From Nanobdellota archaeon (GTDB taxonomy: Archaea > Nanobdellota > Nanobdellia > Woesearchaeales > JAHWHD01): DNA of 58,356 nucleotides. The translations under genes were made by a program, and so were the position numbers. Below are positions 47,405 to 56,477 of this stretch, piece after piece. Position 1 is the stretch's first letter. Every line of letters begins with the position of its first letter. Below the pieces are notes generated by a model. That model was not told where the DNA came from. It did not search any database and was given only the letters and a program-made list of their open reading frames with translations. Where the stretch lies: positions 1-58,356 of the forward strand of contig JAYENX010000058.1 of the NCBI GenBank assembly GCA_034722435.1, written 5' to 3'.

Positions 47405-48426
47405 TGTGAAAGTCCTTTTTGATGTTTTGATTTAGGTTTAAATATTTTATCTAAAGTTTTTTCTATACGTTCTCTTGAAAATTCATGTTTTTCACAAAGT
47501 ATCTCTATAACTTTATCAGGATCTATTTCTGACCATTTTAAATTATAATCATCAGTAACTGGCATTTTTTTAATTATATAAAACAATTCCGTCCAAGTAA
47601 AATCAAAAGAATCGTCCCATTTGACTTCTTTGAAAAGGGCATCTAAATTATTGCCATGTTTTTTTACAAGTTTTAATGCATTCTTAGAACCAATCCCCCG
47701 TATACCACCATTATTGTAATCAGTTCCAACTAACATAGAGAGTGCTACTAATTGGTCTTGATCAATACCTAAAATATTCAAAGTATCTGCCAAATTAATT
47801 AGTTCAGGTTTTGTTTTTTGATATGAAAGAGTACCTGCTTTTTTCCTCCTACCCGATACTGCCAAATTTTTAATAACTCGGGGAGCTCCAAATATAAGAG
47901 CATCTGCATCTTGGGTTGCTACTGCAAAAGCATGACCTTTTTTAACAATATGTGCTGCTTGAGCTTCACCTTCAGAAGGTGAATCTATAATTGGAATTCC
48001 TAATGCCTTAATAAGATCTTTTGCTTCGTTAATCATATCTTTAGTTAAACGAGAAGTTCTTGAAGCATATTTTTTCATAGATTCTAAATCTTTAGTAGCA
48101 ACAGCTGCTTCATATTTTTTTTGTGCTTTTGCTTTTGCTTGACGGCGTTTCTCCCATTCGCCCTTTTTAAGTTCTGGAGGTTTGCCATCAAAAACAAACA
48201 TGAGTTTAATATTTTTTTGTAATAAACTAGCAGTTCTAGTAAATAGACCAGTCATATGCGAAGTTACATTTCCTCTTGAATCGGTCAGTAATGAGCCGTC
48301 TCTTTGACGTATTGTGGAAAGAAATTGGTATAATTGTAAATGTGCATCTAGAGCTAAAACTTTTGAATTAAGAAATTTTAAATCGATTTCTTTTTTCGGA
48401 ATGATATCGTAAATTTTTGTACCCAT
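47395..48426 (-). CDS. fen: Flap endonuclease 1
   Basis: LYQFLSTIRQRDG, VFDGKPP, SEGEAQAA, QDADALIFG, GTDYN.GGI.GIG, C-terminal PIP box QKGLSQWF. Confidence 0.98.
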   Translation of the reverse strand: MGTKIYDIIPKKEIDLKFLNSKVLALDAHLQLYQFLSTIRQRDGSLLTDSRGNVTSHMTGLFTRTASLLQKNIKLMFVFDGKPPELKKGEWEKRRQAKAKAQKKYEAAVATKDLESMKKYASRTSRLTKDMINEAKDLIKALGIPIIDSPSEGEAQAAHIVKKGHAFAVATQDADALIFGAPRVIKNLAVSGRRKKAGTLSYQKTKPELINLADTLNILGIDQDQLVALSMLVGTDYNNGGIRGIGSKNALKLVKKHGNNLDALFKEVKWDDSFDFTWTELFYIIKKMPVTDDYNLKWSEIDPDKVIEILCEKHEFSRERIEKTLDKIFKPKSKHQKGLSQWF

Positions 48427-48450
48427 TTTAAATTAAAAAATAAAAAATAA

Positions 48451-49110
48451 TTAAGATACCTTGATAAATATAGATACTTGACCATATTCATCTAAACCGA
48501 AATCACGTTTTAAATTGTCTTCATCAAAATTGGTGAAAACTTTCAAGTTAAATTCGTAAGTTCCAGGTTTAACAGCAACACCTTCCTTTATGTCTTTTAC
48601 CTTAAAATGTAATGGTAAAACTTCGCTCTTGTAAGAATCTATAGGGAAGTATGTGAACTTATTTAAAAGCCAATCCATCATAACTTTTTCGTCAGTATCT
48701 ATCACATTATTTGAAGAGTCAACCGCTCTAACAAAGTAAAAGTTTTTAACAACGTAATAAGCATCTTTTACATTTGAATTGTAGATTCCTAAACCTAATC
48801 CTACAATTTCTTCAGGGTTAGCGTTAATTGATCCAGGTCTAACGATAACTTTTAAATGGCCTTTTAGTTCGTTTTTGATTCCTTCAATAAGTTCTGTAGA
48901 AAGATCAGGAATTCCTGTTGACGCGGGTTCAACTTTAACCGGTTCAGGCGTTTCAACTTTAATATCTGTTGTTGATTCAACTGTAGATTCAGGTTCTAAA
49001 TCTGTATTTACAACTGGTTCAATTTGTTTAGGTTCTGGCGCAGTATCTTTACTACAACCTGCAAAAAGGAGTAAAGATATTATACAAAGCGCAAATATTA
49101 TTTTTTTCAT
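48451..49110 (-). CDS. Lipoprotein-like secreted protein with P/E/T-rich linker
   Basis: Signal ending LFAGC, a low-complexity linker, then a beta-rich domain. Confidence 0.7.
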   Translation of the reverse strand: MKKIIFALCIISLLLFAGCSKDTAPEPKQIEPVVNTDLEPESTVESTTDIKVETPEPVKVEPASTGIPDLSTELIEGIKNELKGHLKVIVRPGSINANPEEIVGLGLGIYNSNVKDAYYVVKNFYFVRAVDSSNNVIDTDEKVMMDWLLNKFTYFPIDSYKSEVLPLHFKVKDIKEGVAVKPGTYEFNLKVFTNFDEDNLKRDFGLDEYGQVSIFIKVS

Positions 49111-50241
49111 TTAAGCACCTCCAATAGTGTTTATGATTATGTTCTTGAAATCTGTTTTAAGAGTCTCCTTGGCCTTTTTTGTCAAAGATCCTGTAGTTAA
49201 AAATAAAATAGGAAGTTTCTTTAACGCACCTTTAACAAAAGCAGTTGAAAGATCTGCCTCATTACAACGCTTTTTGTTCCTAGCTTTACAAAAAAAGTCT
49301 AAAGGACCTATAGGAGTAGGAATGTTAATAATAAGATCTATATCTGATTTCTTTTTAATAATTTCATGAGCTTTAATACATATATTTCTTGATGTTAAAT
49401 AATTATTTACCTCAATTAAAAAAGAATCGTTTTCATCAGATGAATTATCTATTTTTGATATTTTTTCTGAATTTTTAGGAGATTTAAGTTTTTCTTGAGT
49501 TATGATTTTAGTTTTTGTAATTGTAGGTTCAGATTTTTTCACTTTTTCAATAGTTTTAGTTTTTTCTATATGTTTAGTGGTTGGAGTAGAAGTGGTTATA
49601 ACTTTAAGAGGTTTATCAGATTTTAAAATATTTTGAGGTTCTTCTATTTCAGATTTAAGTTTAGGATTTTTTATGTCTGAATTATCGATATTTATTTTTT
49701 CTATATTTGATGTTTCTATTGGTTTTTTTGATTCTAAAGATTCTTTTGTTTCAATAGGGGTTGTAGCAAGAGACTCTTTAATAGGTTTAAAATCTTTTTT
49801 AGAATCTATGAATTTAGATTTTATAATTGTCTCAACTTCTTCGTTAGATATTAAGTGCCATTTCCAATAAAGTTCTTTACCTGTTTTAAGATTGACTGTT
49901 AATGCAATTGCAAAGTCTTTAATATTCCTAAGAGCTATTTGAATTAAAGGACTTTGTTCTTTGTCACGAAGAATTTTTTCTTTTTTTATTATGTCAACTG
50001 CAGAGCGATCTTTTTCATTCAAATATTTATATAATTCGTTTTCTAATTTATCTCTTTGAGAATCTAAAAAATAAATAGGTGAACCGCCTATTTTTGCGTT
50101 TGAAAAAAACAGTTTTTTATTAGAAATTAATTCAGACAGATATGCGCCTGCAAAAGTAAGACTTAATTTAAACTCTTTAGAAATGTTCCTTGGCAAAACA
50201 GGACCTTTAGAATTTATATAAGCCAAAATTTTATCTTTCAT
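49111..50241 (-). CDS. Hypothetical protein: N-terminal winged helix, K/T-rich linker, C-terminal restriction-endonuclease-like fold
   Basis: ILAYINSKGPVLPRNISKEF...AYLSEL; C-terminal SDIDLII...FFCKARNKK...DL..A. Start could be 50292. Confidence 0.6.
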   Translation of the reverse strand: MKDKILAYINSKGPVLPRNISKEFKLSLTFAGAYLSELISNKKLFFSNAKIGGSPIYFLDSQRDKLENELYKYLNEKDRSAVDIIKKEKILRDKEQSPLIQIALRNIKDFAIALTVNLKTGKELYWKWHLISNEEVETIIKSKFIDSKKDFKPIKESLATTPIETKESLESKKPIETSNIEKINIDNSDIKNPKLKSEIEEPQNILKSDKPLKVITTSTPTTKHIEKTKTIEKVKKSEPTITKTKIITQEKLKSPKNSEKISKIDNSSDENDSFLIEVNNYLTSRNICIKAHEIIKKKSDIDLIINIPTPIGPLDFFCKARNKKRCNEADLSTAFVKGALKKLPILFLTTGSLTKKAKETLKTDFKNIIINTIGGA

Positions 50242-50276
50242 GAGGAGAGAATAAAGTCTTTTCTTTATATAATTAT

Positions 50277-50807
50277 CTATGGTCTTACCCATCGAACTTC
50301 GTAATAAGTAACGTCCGATTCATCATCAACTACGCCAATAAGAAGTCTTTTTCTTGTACTATGGGCAACCCTGTTTTTTGCTGAAAATTCATGCCATGTC
50401 AAAGTTGAACCTTCATGTACAGGGAAAACCACCCACTTAGCATGATCTTCTCCAGGTTTAACGCCCCTATCATAAACTCGAAAATCTGCTCCAAACTTTA
50501 AAGCAGTCTTTATGATATATCCTCTATTTCTAAAATCTCTAAAAACGCAGTATCTCACCCAAAAATTAGGTTCTAATTTATTTGCTTTTTTAATGAAAGC
50601 GGATTCGAGAATAATTTTATTCCTTTTATCAAAAATTTCAATTTTATCTTTTTCCATTAGATAAAAAGATTCAAGAAGTGATAAATTTATTTTTTTGTCT
50701 TCTAATTTACCAAAACGGCTCTGATTATAAAGTTCCCTTGCTTCATCTGAATCATCTGTAATTACGATTTCTCCTACTAAAGTGCAAGGAATTTTGTTTT
50801 TTGTCAT
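50277..50807 (-). CDS. endA: tRNA-splicing endonuclease, single catalytic subunit (alpha4-like)
   Basis: KTALKFGADFRVY, EDHAKW, KNRVAHSTRKRLL carry the Tyr/His/Lys triad; 176 aa from ATG 50807. Confidence 0.95.
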   Translation of the reverse strand: MTKNKIPCTLVGEIVITDDSDEARELYNQSRFGKLEDKKINLSLLESFYLMEKDKIEIFDKRNKIILESAFIKKANKLEPNFWVRYCVFRDFRNRGYIIKTALKFGADFRVYDRGVKPGEDHAKWVVFPVHEGSTLTWHEFSAKNRVAHSTRKRLLIGVVDDESDVTYYEVRWVRP

Positions 50808-50829
50808 AGAATCGAAAAAACACACAATC

Positions 50830-50837
50830 TTTATAAA
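50830..50837. promoter_or_regulatory. Bidirectional palindromic TATA box centred between endA and rnz
   Basis: TTTATAAA with exactly 22 nt to each ATG (50807 and 50860). Confidence 0.8.
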
Positions 50838-50859
50838 TGTTATTGGTTTTAAATCGCTT

Positions 50860-51750
50860 ATGGAAATCGTGTTTTTAGGTACTTCTTGTACACAACCAAC
50901 CAAAGAGAGAAGCCATCCTGCTGTTTTATTAATTTACAAAGGAGAGCATATTTTGATTGATTGCGGCGAAGGAACGCAAAGACAACTTAAAATTGCAGGG
51001 ATAAAACCTTCTAAAATAACGAAAATGTTAATAAGTCATTGGCATGGTGACCATGTATTGGGAATTCCCGGACTAATACAAACAATGGGGGTTTCAGATT
51101 ATTCTAAACAACTATTGATATTTGGACCTAAAGGGTCAAAAGATCACATGAAATATATGCTTAAAGCTTTTGAATCTAGAGGTAGCGTGGATTTTATCGT
51201 AAAAGATGTTTCAAATGGACAATTTTATGAGTGCGAAGAATACTTGTTAGAAAGTTACGTATTAAATCATAACCCTAAATCTTTAGGATTTAGATTTGTG
51301 GAAAAGGATAGAAGGAGAATTGATGTTAGAAAAATAAAGATTTTAGGAATTCCCGAAGGACCCTTATTAGGTAAATTACAACAAGGGAAAAATATAACTT
51401 GGCAAGGGAAAAAAGTGATGTCTGATGATGTAACATATATAGTTAAAGGTAAAATTATTTCTTATATAGGAGACACAGGTATGTGTAATAATTGTGTAAA
51501 AGTGGCCAAAAATGCAGATCTTTTAATATCTGAATCTACTTTTTTAGACCAAGATAAAGATAAAGCGGAAGAAAGATTGCATTTAACTGCTAAAGATGCT
51601 GGATTAATTGCTAGTCAAGCAGAAGCAAAAAACCTTGTACTTACACATTTTAGTTTAAGATATAAAGATTCTAAAGATATGGTAGATGAAGCACAAACTT
51701 ATTTTAATAATGTGAAAGCTGCATATGATTTTGCAAAATTCAAGGTATAA
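50860..51750 (+). CDS. rnz: Ribonuclease Z
   Basis: MEIVFLGTS, DCGEGTQRQ, SHWHGDH, exosite GIPEGP, GDT, HFSLRY. Confidence 0.97.
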   Translation: MEIVFLGTSCTQPTKERSHPAVLLIYKGEHILIDCGEGTQRQLKIAGIKPSKITKMLISHWHGDHVLGIPGLIQTMGVSDYSKQLLIFGPKGSKDHMKYMLKAFESRGSVDFIVKDVSNGQFYECEEYLLESYVLNHNPKSLGFRFVEKDRRRIDVRKIKILGIPEGPLLGKLQQGKNITWQGKKVMSDDVTYIVKGKIISYIGDTGMCNNCVKVAKNADLLISESTFLDQDKDKAEERLHLTAKDAGLIASQAEAKNLVLTHFSLRYKDSKDMVDEAQTYFNNVKAAYDFAKFKV

Positions 51751-51751
51751 A

Positions 51752-52141
51752 ATGAGTAGAAAGTCTAAAGGAATTAATGCCGAGAGAGAATTAATTCATT
51801 TGTTTTGGGAAACAAAAAAATGGGGAGCTATTAGAGTTGCAGGTTCAGGTTCTTCACGATATCCAAGCCCAGATATTGTCGCAGGAAATCAAATACGAAA
51901 ATTAGCTATAGAGTGTAAAGCTGTTAAAGGGAATTCAAAATATATTCCTAAAATAGATGTAGAACAATTAAAAAAATATTCTGAAATTTTTGGTGCAGAA
52001 CCTTGGATTGGAATAAGATTCAATAATGAAAAATGGTTCTTTCTAAGTATTGAAGATTTATTAATTTCTGAAAAACATTATGTAATTAATAGAGATTTAA
52101 TAAAAATTAAAGGTTTAATTTTTGAAGAATTGATTAATTGA
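51752..52141 (+). CDS. hjc: Holliday junction resolvase
   Basis: KGINAEREL, RVAGSG, PDIVAG, IECK. Confidence 0.95.
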   Translation: MSRKSKGINAERELIHLFWETKKWGAIRVAGSGSSRYPSPDIVAGNQIRKLAIECKAVKGNSKYIPKIDVEQLKKYSEIFGAEPWIGIRFNNEKWFFLSIEDLLISEKHYVINRDLIKIKGLIFEELIN

Positions 52142-52178
52142 TTATTTAAAAAATGATAAAAATAACTGATTCACCAAA

Positions 52179-52306
52179 TGTTAAATAAGTTAACAAGAAG
52201 CGACTAATAAAGTAAATAAGTTAAATAGGCTAACAAATTAGATAAATCATAGTGTTTTTTAAAACATTATACAATAAAACAAAAGGAGTGTTAAATAAGT
52301 TAACAA
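52179..52306. promoter_or_regulatory. Repeated palindromic operator-like sites TGTTAA-N5-TTAACA upstream of tfe
   Basis: Identical 18-mers TGTTAAATAAGTTAACAA at 52179 and 52289; a degenerate copy GTTAAATAGGCTAACAA at 52220. Confidence 0.65.
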
Positions 52307-52390
52307 AGCATAACTATTAGGCGGTAATAAAAACGAAAGGTTTTTAAAGGGATTTATTCATATATAGTATATGTTTTGGTGGAATTGAAT

Positions 52391-53149
52391 ATGAAAATAA
52401 CTAATAAGATTCTGGACAAAGTCATTGAAGAACTGGCAGGGGAAGATGTTGTTCCTTTAGTTCGTAAATTGAAAAATAAGAAAAATGTCTCTGAATTTAA
52501 ATTAGCTGAATCTATAAACAGGGAAATTAACGTTACCCGAAATATGCTCTATAGATTGTATCACGTTAGTTTAGTTTCTTTTACACGTAAAAAAGACAAA
52601 AAGAAAGGATGGTATATTTATTATTGGACATTTGATATGAAAAGAATAAAATATTTGTTATTTAAATTAAAACGTAAAAGATTAGAACATCTTAAAGAGA
52701 GATTAAAAAGAGAACAAAATGAACAATTCTTTTTGTGTCCTAATAAATGTATAAGGCTTGATTTTGAGCAGTCAATGAATTTTGAGTTTAAATGTCCCGA
52801 ATGTGGAACTTTAATCGAATTAGAGGATAATAGTAAAAAAGTTCTTGAAATCGAAAAAGAAATACACACATTAGAAGTTGAGTTTAAAGAGAAATTAAAA
52901 AGAGAGAAAAGCATTCAGAAAGCTATAAAAGAAAAATCCGAAAAAGTTGCTGTTGTAAAAAAGAAAAAGGCTACAAAAAAGAAAGTTGTAAAGAAAAAGA
53001 AAAAAATAACTAAAAAAAAGAAAGTAAAGAGTAAAAAAATAAAAAAGAAAGTAATTAAGAAAAAACCTATTAAGAAAAAGGTTGTAAAGAAAAAGATTAA
53101 AAAAATAGTGAAAAAGAAAAAAGTGACTAAAAAAACTAAAAAGAAATGA
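52391..53149 (+). CDS. tfe: Transcription factor E (TFIIE-alpha) with histone-H1-like Lys-rich tail
   Basis: RNMLYRL, KGWYIYYW winged helix, CPNKC...CPECG zinc ribbon, then a tail of about 65 aa dominated by K/V/I. Confidence 0.93.
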   Translation: MKITNKILDKVIEELAGEDVVPLVRKLKNKKNVSEFKLAESINREINVTRNMLYRLYHVSLVSFTRKKDKKKGWYIYYWTFDMKRIKYLLFKLKRKRLEHLKERLKREQNEQFFLCPNKCIRLDFEQSMNFEFKCPECGTLIELEDNSKKVLEIEKEIHTLEVEFKEKLKREKSIQKAIKEKSEKVAVVKKKKATKKKVVKKKKKITKKKKVKSKKIKKKVIKKKPIKKKVVKKKIKKIVKKKKVTKKTKKK

Positions 53150-54049
53150 TTAATTAAGGAATTCGTATTTTCTTTTTACTTCTTGAACAAAAGTTTCAGG
53201 ACTATAAATTCCCAGTTCAGAAATGATGCCCGTTATTAAACGAGGGTTTATTTTTTCAAATGCTGGATTCATGATTTTTACAGATTTTGGGGCATTTTTC
53301 CAAACTTCATCTCGCGATCTATTTTCCATAGGTTCTGAAATTCCAAAATGAGTTTTCGGGTCATATTTCCAAGAATCTGTGCAAATATAAACAGGTACTT
53401 GGTATCTTTCTGCTGATTCAACAATTAATTCAGATCCAATTTTGTTGACTACTTTTCCTGTAGAAGTTATTGCATCTGCACCTAATAGCATTAAATCGGT
53501 TTCCTTTAATGCGATTCGAGCTGCAGAGTCCACATAATGGAAAACAGGTATTTTTAGTTTAGTTAAATCTGTAGCAGTTTTTCTTCCTTGAAATAAAGGA
53601 CGAGTTTCAGTATTGTGAACCTCAAATTTTTTTGATTTTGATGCTTTCCTCAGTATATTTATCACAGTTGATGAATGACAATGAGTATAAACTGCAGATT
53701 TATTAGTAATTAATCTCGCACCATATTGAGAAATGAGAGATTCAGATTTCTTAAAATGTTCTTGTACTTTATGAACTCTAAATCTAAATTGTTTTTTTAT
53801 ATCTTCAATATCATCACCCCCCAATCTGTAAAGAATATAATTAATTGCATTTCTCATTGCAGGTTCAGTTGGTCTCGAATTGAAAAGAATTATTTTGGCT
53901 TTATTTAAATCAGAAATAAATATTTTATTTGATTTAGTTTTTGATTTTATTGCAATCTCTTGTAATGCTTTGACACCTGCTTTTGCAACAGCTTGAGCTC
54001 CTTGAATCTTTAATTTTTTGATATCTATAACTATTTGTTTAAATGTCAT
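53150..54049 (-). CDS. Ribose-1,5-bisphosphate isomerase (eIF2B-like family)
   Basis: IQGA, RPTEPAMRN, THCHSSTV, ETRPLFQG, GADAI, NKIGS. Confidence 0.88.
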   Translation of the reverse strand: MTFKQIVIDIKKLKIQGAQAVAKAGVKALQEIAIKSKTKSNKIFISDLNKAKIILFNSRPTEPAMRNAINYILYRLGGDDIEDIKKQFRFRVHKVQEHFKKSESLISQYGARLITNKSAVYTHCHSSTVINILRKASKSKKFEVHNTETRPLFQGRKTATDLTKLKIPVFHYVDSAARIALKETDLMLLGADAITSTGKVVNKIGSELIVESAERYQVPVYICTDSWKYDPKTHFGISEPMENRSRDEVWKNAPKSVKIMNPAFEKINPRLITGIISELGIYSPETFVQEVKRKYEFLN

Positions 54050-54663
54050 ATAACTGCCTCTATAGGATTAAAAACATAAGCAATCTTTTCATCAAAGTAC
54101 CCGCATCTAAATGAATCTAAAGGGATATTGGTTCTTTTACTTAACATATATGCGTAAAAAAACACTTGAGTAGATGCATATTTTTCTTTTTCTGCTTTAG
54201 GTTTAAAGTCCCAAATCCAGATTTTACCATCTTCAACTCTCAAAGCATCTATGTGTCCAGTTAAAGGTTCATCACTATTAAAAATTTGTGTATAAGATTC
54301 GAGTTCTTCAGGATGTAACCATAAAGGAACTTCAACTGCAAGGGTTTTATTATCCTGTTCGAGCATAAACAGTTGAACTTTTGAATGTGCACTAAGTTTT
54401 CTAGAAATATCTAAACCTAGTTTAGCAAGAGAACTAACTTCATGACCTGAAATTTTTACCAAATTAACATCATTAAGATTAAATTTTAAAGAAGAGGATC
54501 TTGGACCTGAATTAAAATGTTCATCAGGACAAGATTCAAAAACATAATTTAAATAATTTCTAAGAGATTCTAAATTATTTTTACATAATGATTGGGTTTT
54601 AATTGTATGCAGCCTATAATGATAAAACCAACCATGCTTAAAAGAAACGTGTTTTATGACCAT
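54046..54663 (-). CDS. PD-(D/E)XK (RecB/Cas4-like) nuclease family protein
   Basis: GHIDAL...IWDFKP...TQVFFYA. Confidence 0.75.
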   Translation of the reverse strand: MVIKHVSFKHGWFYHYRLHTIKTQSLCKNNLESLRNYLNYVFESCPDEHFNSGPRSSSLKFNLNDVNLVKISGHEVSSLAKLGLDISRKLSAHSKVQLFMLEQDNKTLAVEVPLWLHPEELESYTQIFNSDEPLTGHIDALRVEDGKIWIWDFKPKAEKEKYASTQVFFYAYMLSKRTNIPLDSFRCGYFDEKIAYVFNPIEAVI

Positions 54664-54681
54664 TTTAAGAAAAATAAAAAA

Positions 54682-54915
54682 TTATTTTTTCCTTCTTTTT
54701 GTTTTTTTAGGGGATCTTTTTTTAAGCATTTGTTCAATTTTTGCTTCTTCTTTAAGTATAGAATTTGCTATTTTTTCTATATGATTCTCAACTCTTGCTA
54801 TTTTTCGATCCATAAGAACTAAAACTCTAAGACTGTAAACTATAGCCGCTAAAACACCAATAATAATACTTAAAGTAACTTCAGGGATTCCTAAAACTGT
54901 TACCATATCATTCAC
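54682..54915 (-). CDS. Small single-TM coiled-coil protein
   Basis: IIIGVLAAIVYSLRVLVLM then a coiled coil and basic tail; GAGGTGA ribosome-binding site and a TATA box upstream. Confidence 0.7.
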   Translation of the reverse strand: MNDMVTVLGIPEVTLSIIIGVLAAIVYSLRVLVLMDRKIARVENHIEKIANSILKEEAKIEQMLKKRSPKKTKRRKK

Positions 54916-54969
54916 CTCTTTAAAAATAATGAATGAAATAAAGAATCTAGTATATATAAATGTTTCCCC

Positions 54970-55311
54970 CTAACAGCAATATAAATCTTCAGGAATTTTA
55001 CCTTTTTCTTTTTTACCAAACGGGTTACCGTATTTTCTAATATTTTCAATCATTTTTTTATCTTGAGTGGTAATTTTATTTTTTTGAATAAGTTTATTTC
55101 TGAGTTTTTTAAATTCAAAATCTAGTTTTAATGGGCAATGTACTAAACAACTTTCACAGTTTGTACATCTTAAAATGAATTCTGAAAAGAAATCATTTTT
55201 TATCAATAAAGATTTTCCTCTAGGGGAATCTTTTTCGTTTAGTGTTACTCTAAATATTGGACAATTTTTTCTACAAAGTCCACAATTAGTACATTTATTT
55301 GCATCACTCAT
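54970..55311 (-). CDS. 2x[4Fe-4S] protein (GlcF/HdrC-like N-terminal module)
   Basis: CTNCGLCRKNCP...SPRGK...CTNCESCLVHCP, YGNPFG. Confidence 0.88.
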   Translation of the reverse strand: MSDANKCTNCGLCRKNCPIFRVTLNEKDSPRGKSLLIKNDFFSEFILRCTNCESCLVHCPLKLDFEFKKLRNKLIQKNKITTQDKKMIENIRKYGNPFGKKEKGKIPEDLYCC

Positions 55312-56477
55312 ATTATTTTACCCCTATTCAAAATATCTTTAGGATCGTATTTTCGTTTGAGTTCAATTATTCTTTGTTTAAATTCTTTTGACACAAAAAC
55401 TTTTTTAGCTAAACCTATCCCGTGTTCACCAGATATATTGCCACCTAATTTAAGAACTAAATTAAACATTTCTTTAATCAATTTTTCTGAATGATGTTTG
55501 AATCTTGGATGGATTATTCCGATACCTATATGTCCGAATGAAGGAATGTTGTTTTTTCTTAACCAATCTATAAATATGGGTAATTTATCTTCGGGGATTT
55601 GAGGGTCTTCAGTTAAAACATAACCTTTTGAAGCTAATATTTGACCAAAACTTTCTCGATAATTCCAGATTTTTTCTATTTCTTCTTTTTCTTCAATAGA
55701 ACCAGAGAAATCAGAATATTCTGCAAAAAGACGATAAAATTCTTCCACATCTGACAAACGTGAAGCGGTTTTATCTATAAATTCTAAAGATAAAAGTGAA
55801 GGATTTGATTTAAGTTCTTTTATTTTTGCCATAAGATCGGAAATATCTTTAAATTTAAAAACATCCATTGTAGTTTTTTCTATAATCGGTATAAGTTTAA
55901 GTTCTGCTTGAACTATAACTGCCACAGTTCCTTCCGTACCCGCAAACCTAACTACATCTTTTACAGGAATGTGTTTACCAGTTCCGTCAACTATTATAAT
56001 TGATTTTATCCAGTTTGCGCAACGTCCAAATTTTAATGCTCGATTTCCTGCCGCATTTGTAGCTATCATACCCCCTATTGTACAAACTTTATGCGAAGAG
56101 GGGATAACTGGAAAGAAAAGATTAAATTTTTTAATTGCATTATTTAAATCGTTTAAAATTACGCCAGGTTCTACAATTATTATTTTTCGTTCTGGATCAA
56201 ATTTTAAAATTTTATTCATTTTAGAAAGATCAACTACAACGGATTTTTGAGGTATTGTTCCTCCAACCAAACCTGTACCTGCACCCCTTAATACAATATC
56301 AAAGTGCGATCTATTTGCAAGAGAAATTAATTTTCTTATTTGTAAAACTGATTTAGGCCAAACTATTAAATCTGCTTCACCCTGATGTATATTGGAAGCA
56401 TCATAAGAATAAACTAATTTATCTTCTTCAGAATCAGATACATCATTTTGAAATATATCTCGAATCTTTTTTATCAT
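55308..56477 (-). CDS. FAD-linked oxidoreductase, GlcD/D-lactate dehydrogenase family
   Basis: RGAGTGLVGG, VEPGV, TIGGMIATNAAG, GTEGT, ISGEHGIG, DPKDILNRGK. Confidence 0.92.
   Translation of the reverse strand: MIKKIRDIFQNDVSDSEEDKLVYSYDASNIHQGEADLIVWPKSVLQIRKLISLANRSHFDIVLRGAGTGLVGGTIPQKSVVVDLSKMNKILKFDPERKIIIVEPGVILNDLNNAIKKFNLFFPVIPSSHKVCTIGGMIATNAAGNRALKFGRCANWIKSIIIVDGTGKHIPVKDVVRFAGTEGTVAVIVQAELKLIPIIEKTTMDVFKFKDISDLMAKIKELKSNPSLLSLEFIDKTASRLSDVEEFYRLFAEYSDFSGSIEEKEEIEKIWNYRESFGQILASKGYVLTEDPQIPEDKLPIFIDWLRKNNIPSFGHIGIGIIHPRFKHHSEKLIKEMFNLVLKLGGNISGEHGIGLAKKVFVSKEFKQRIIELKRKYDPKDILNRGKII

Noticed and set aside
50782-50903. Apparent 120-nt head-to-head overlap of the endA and rnz ORFs, and other long N-terminal extensions in the ORF track (33669, 38868, 51725, 57334, 58037)
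   Set aside because: Artefacts of longest-ORF calling. Family-typical N-termini, TATA spacing and ribosome-binding sites point to downstream starts.
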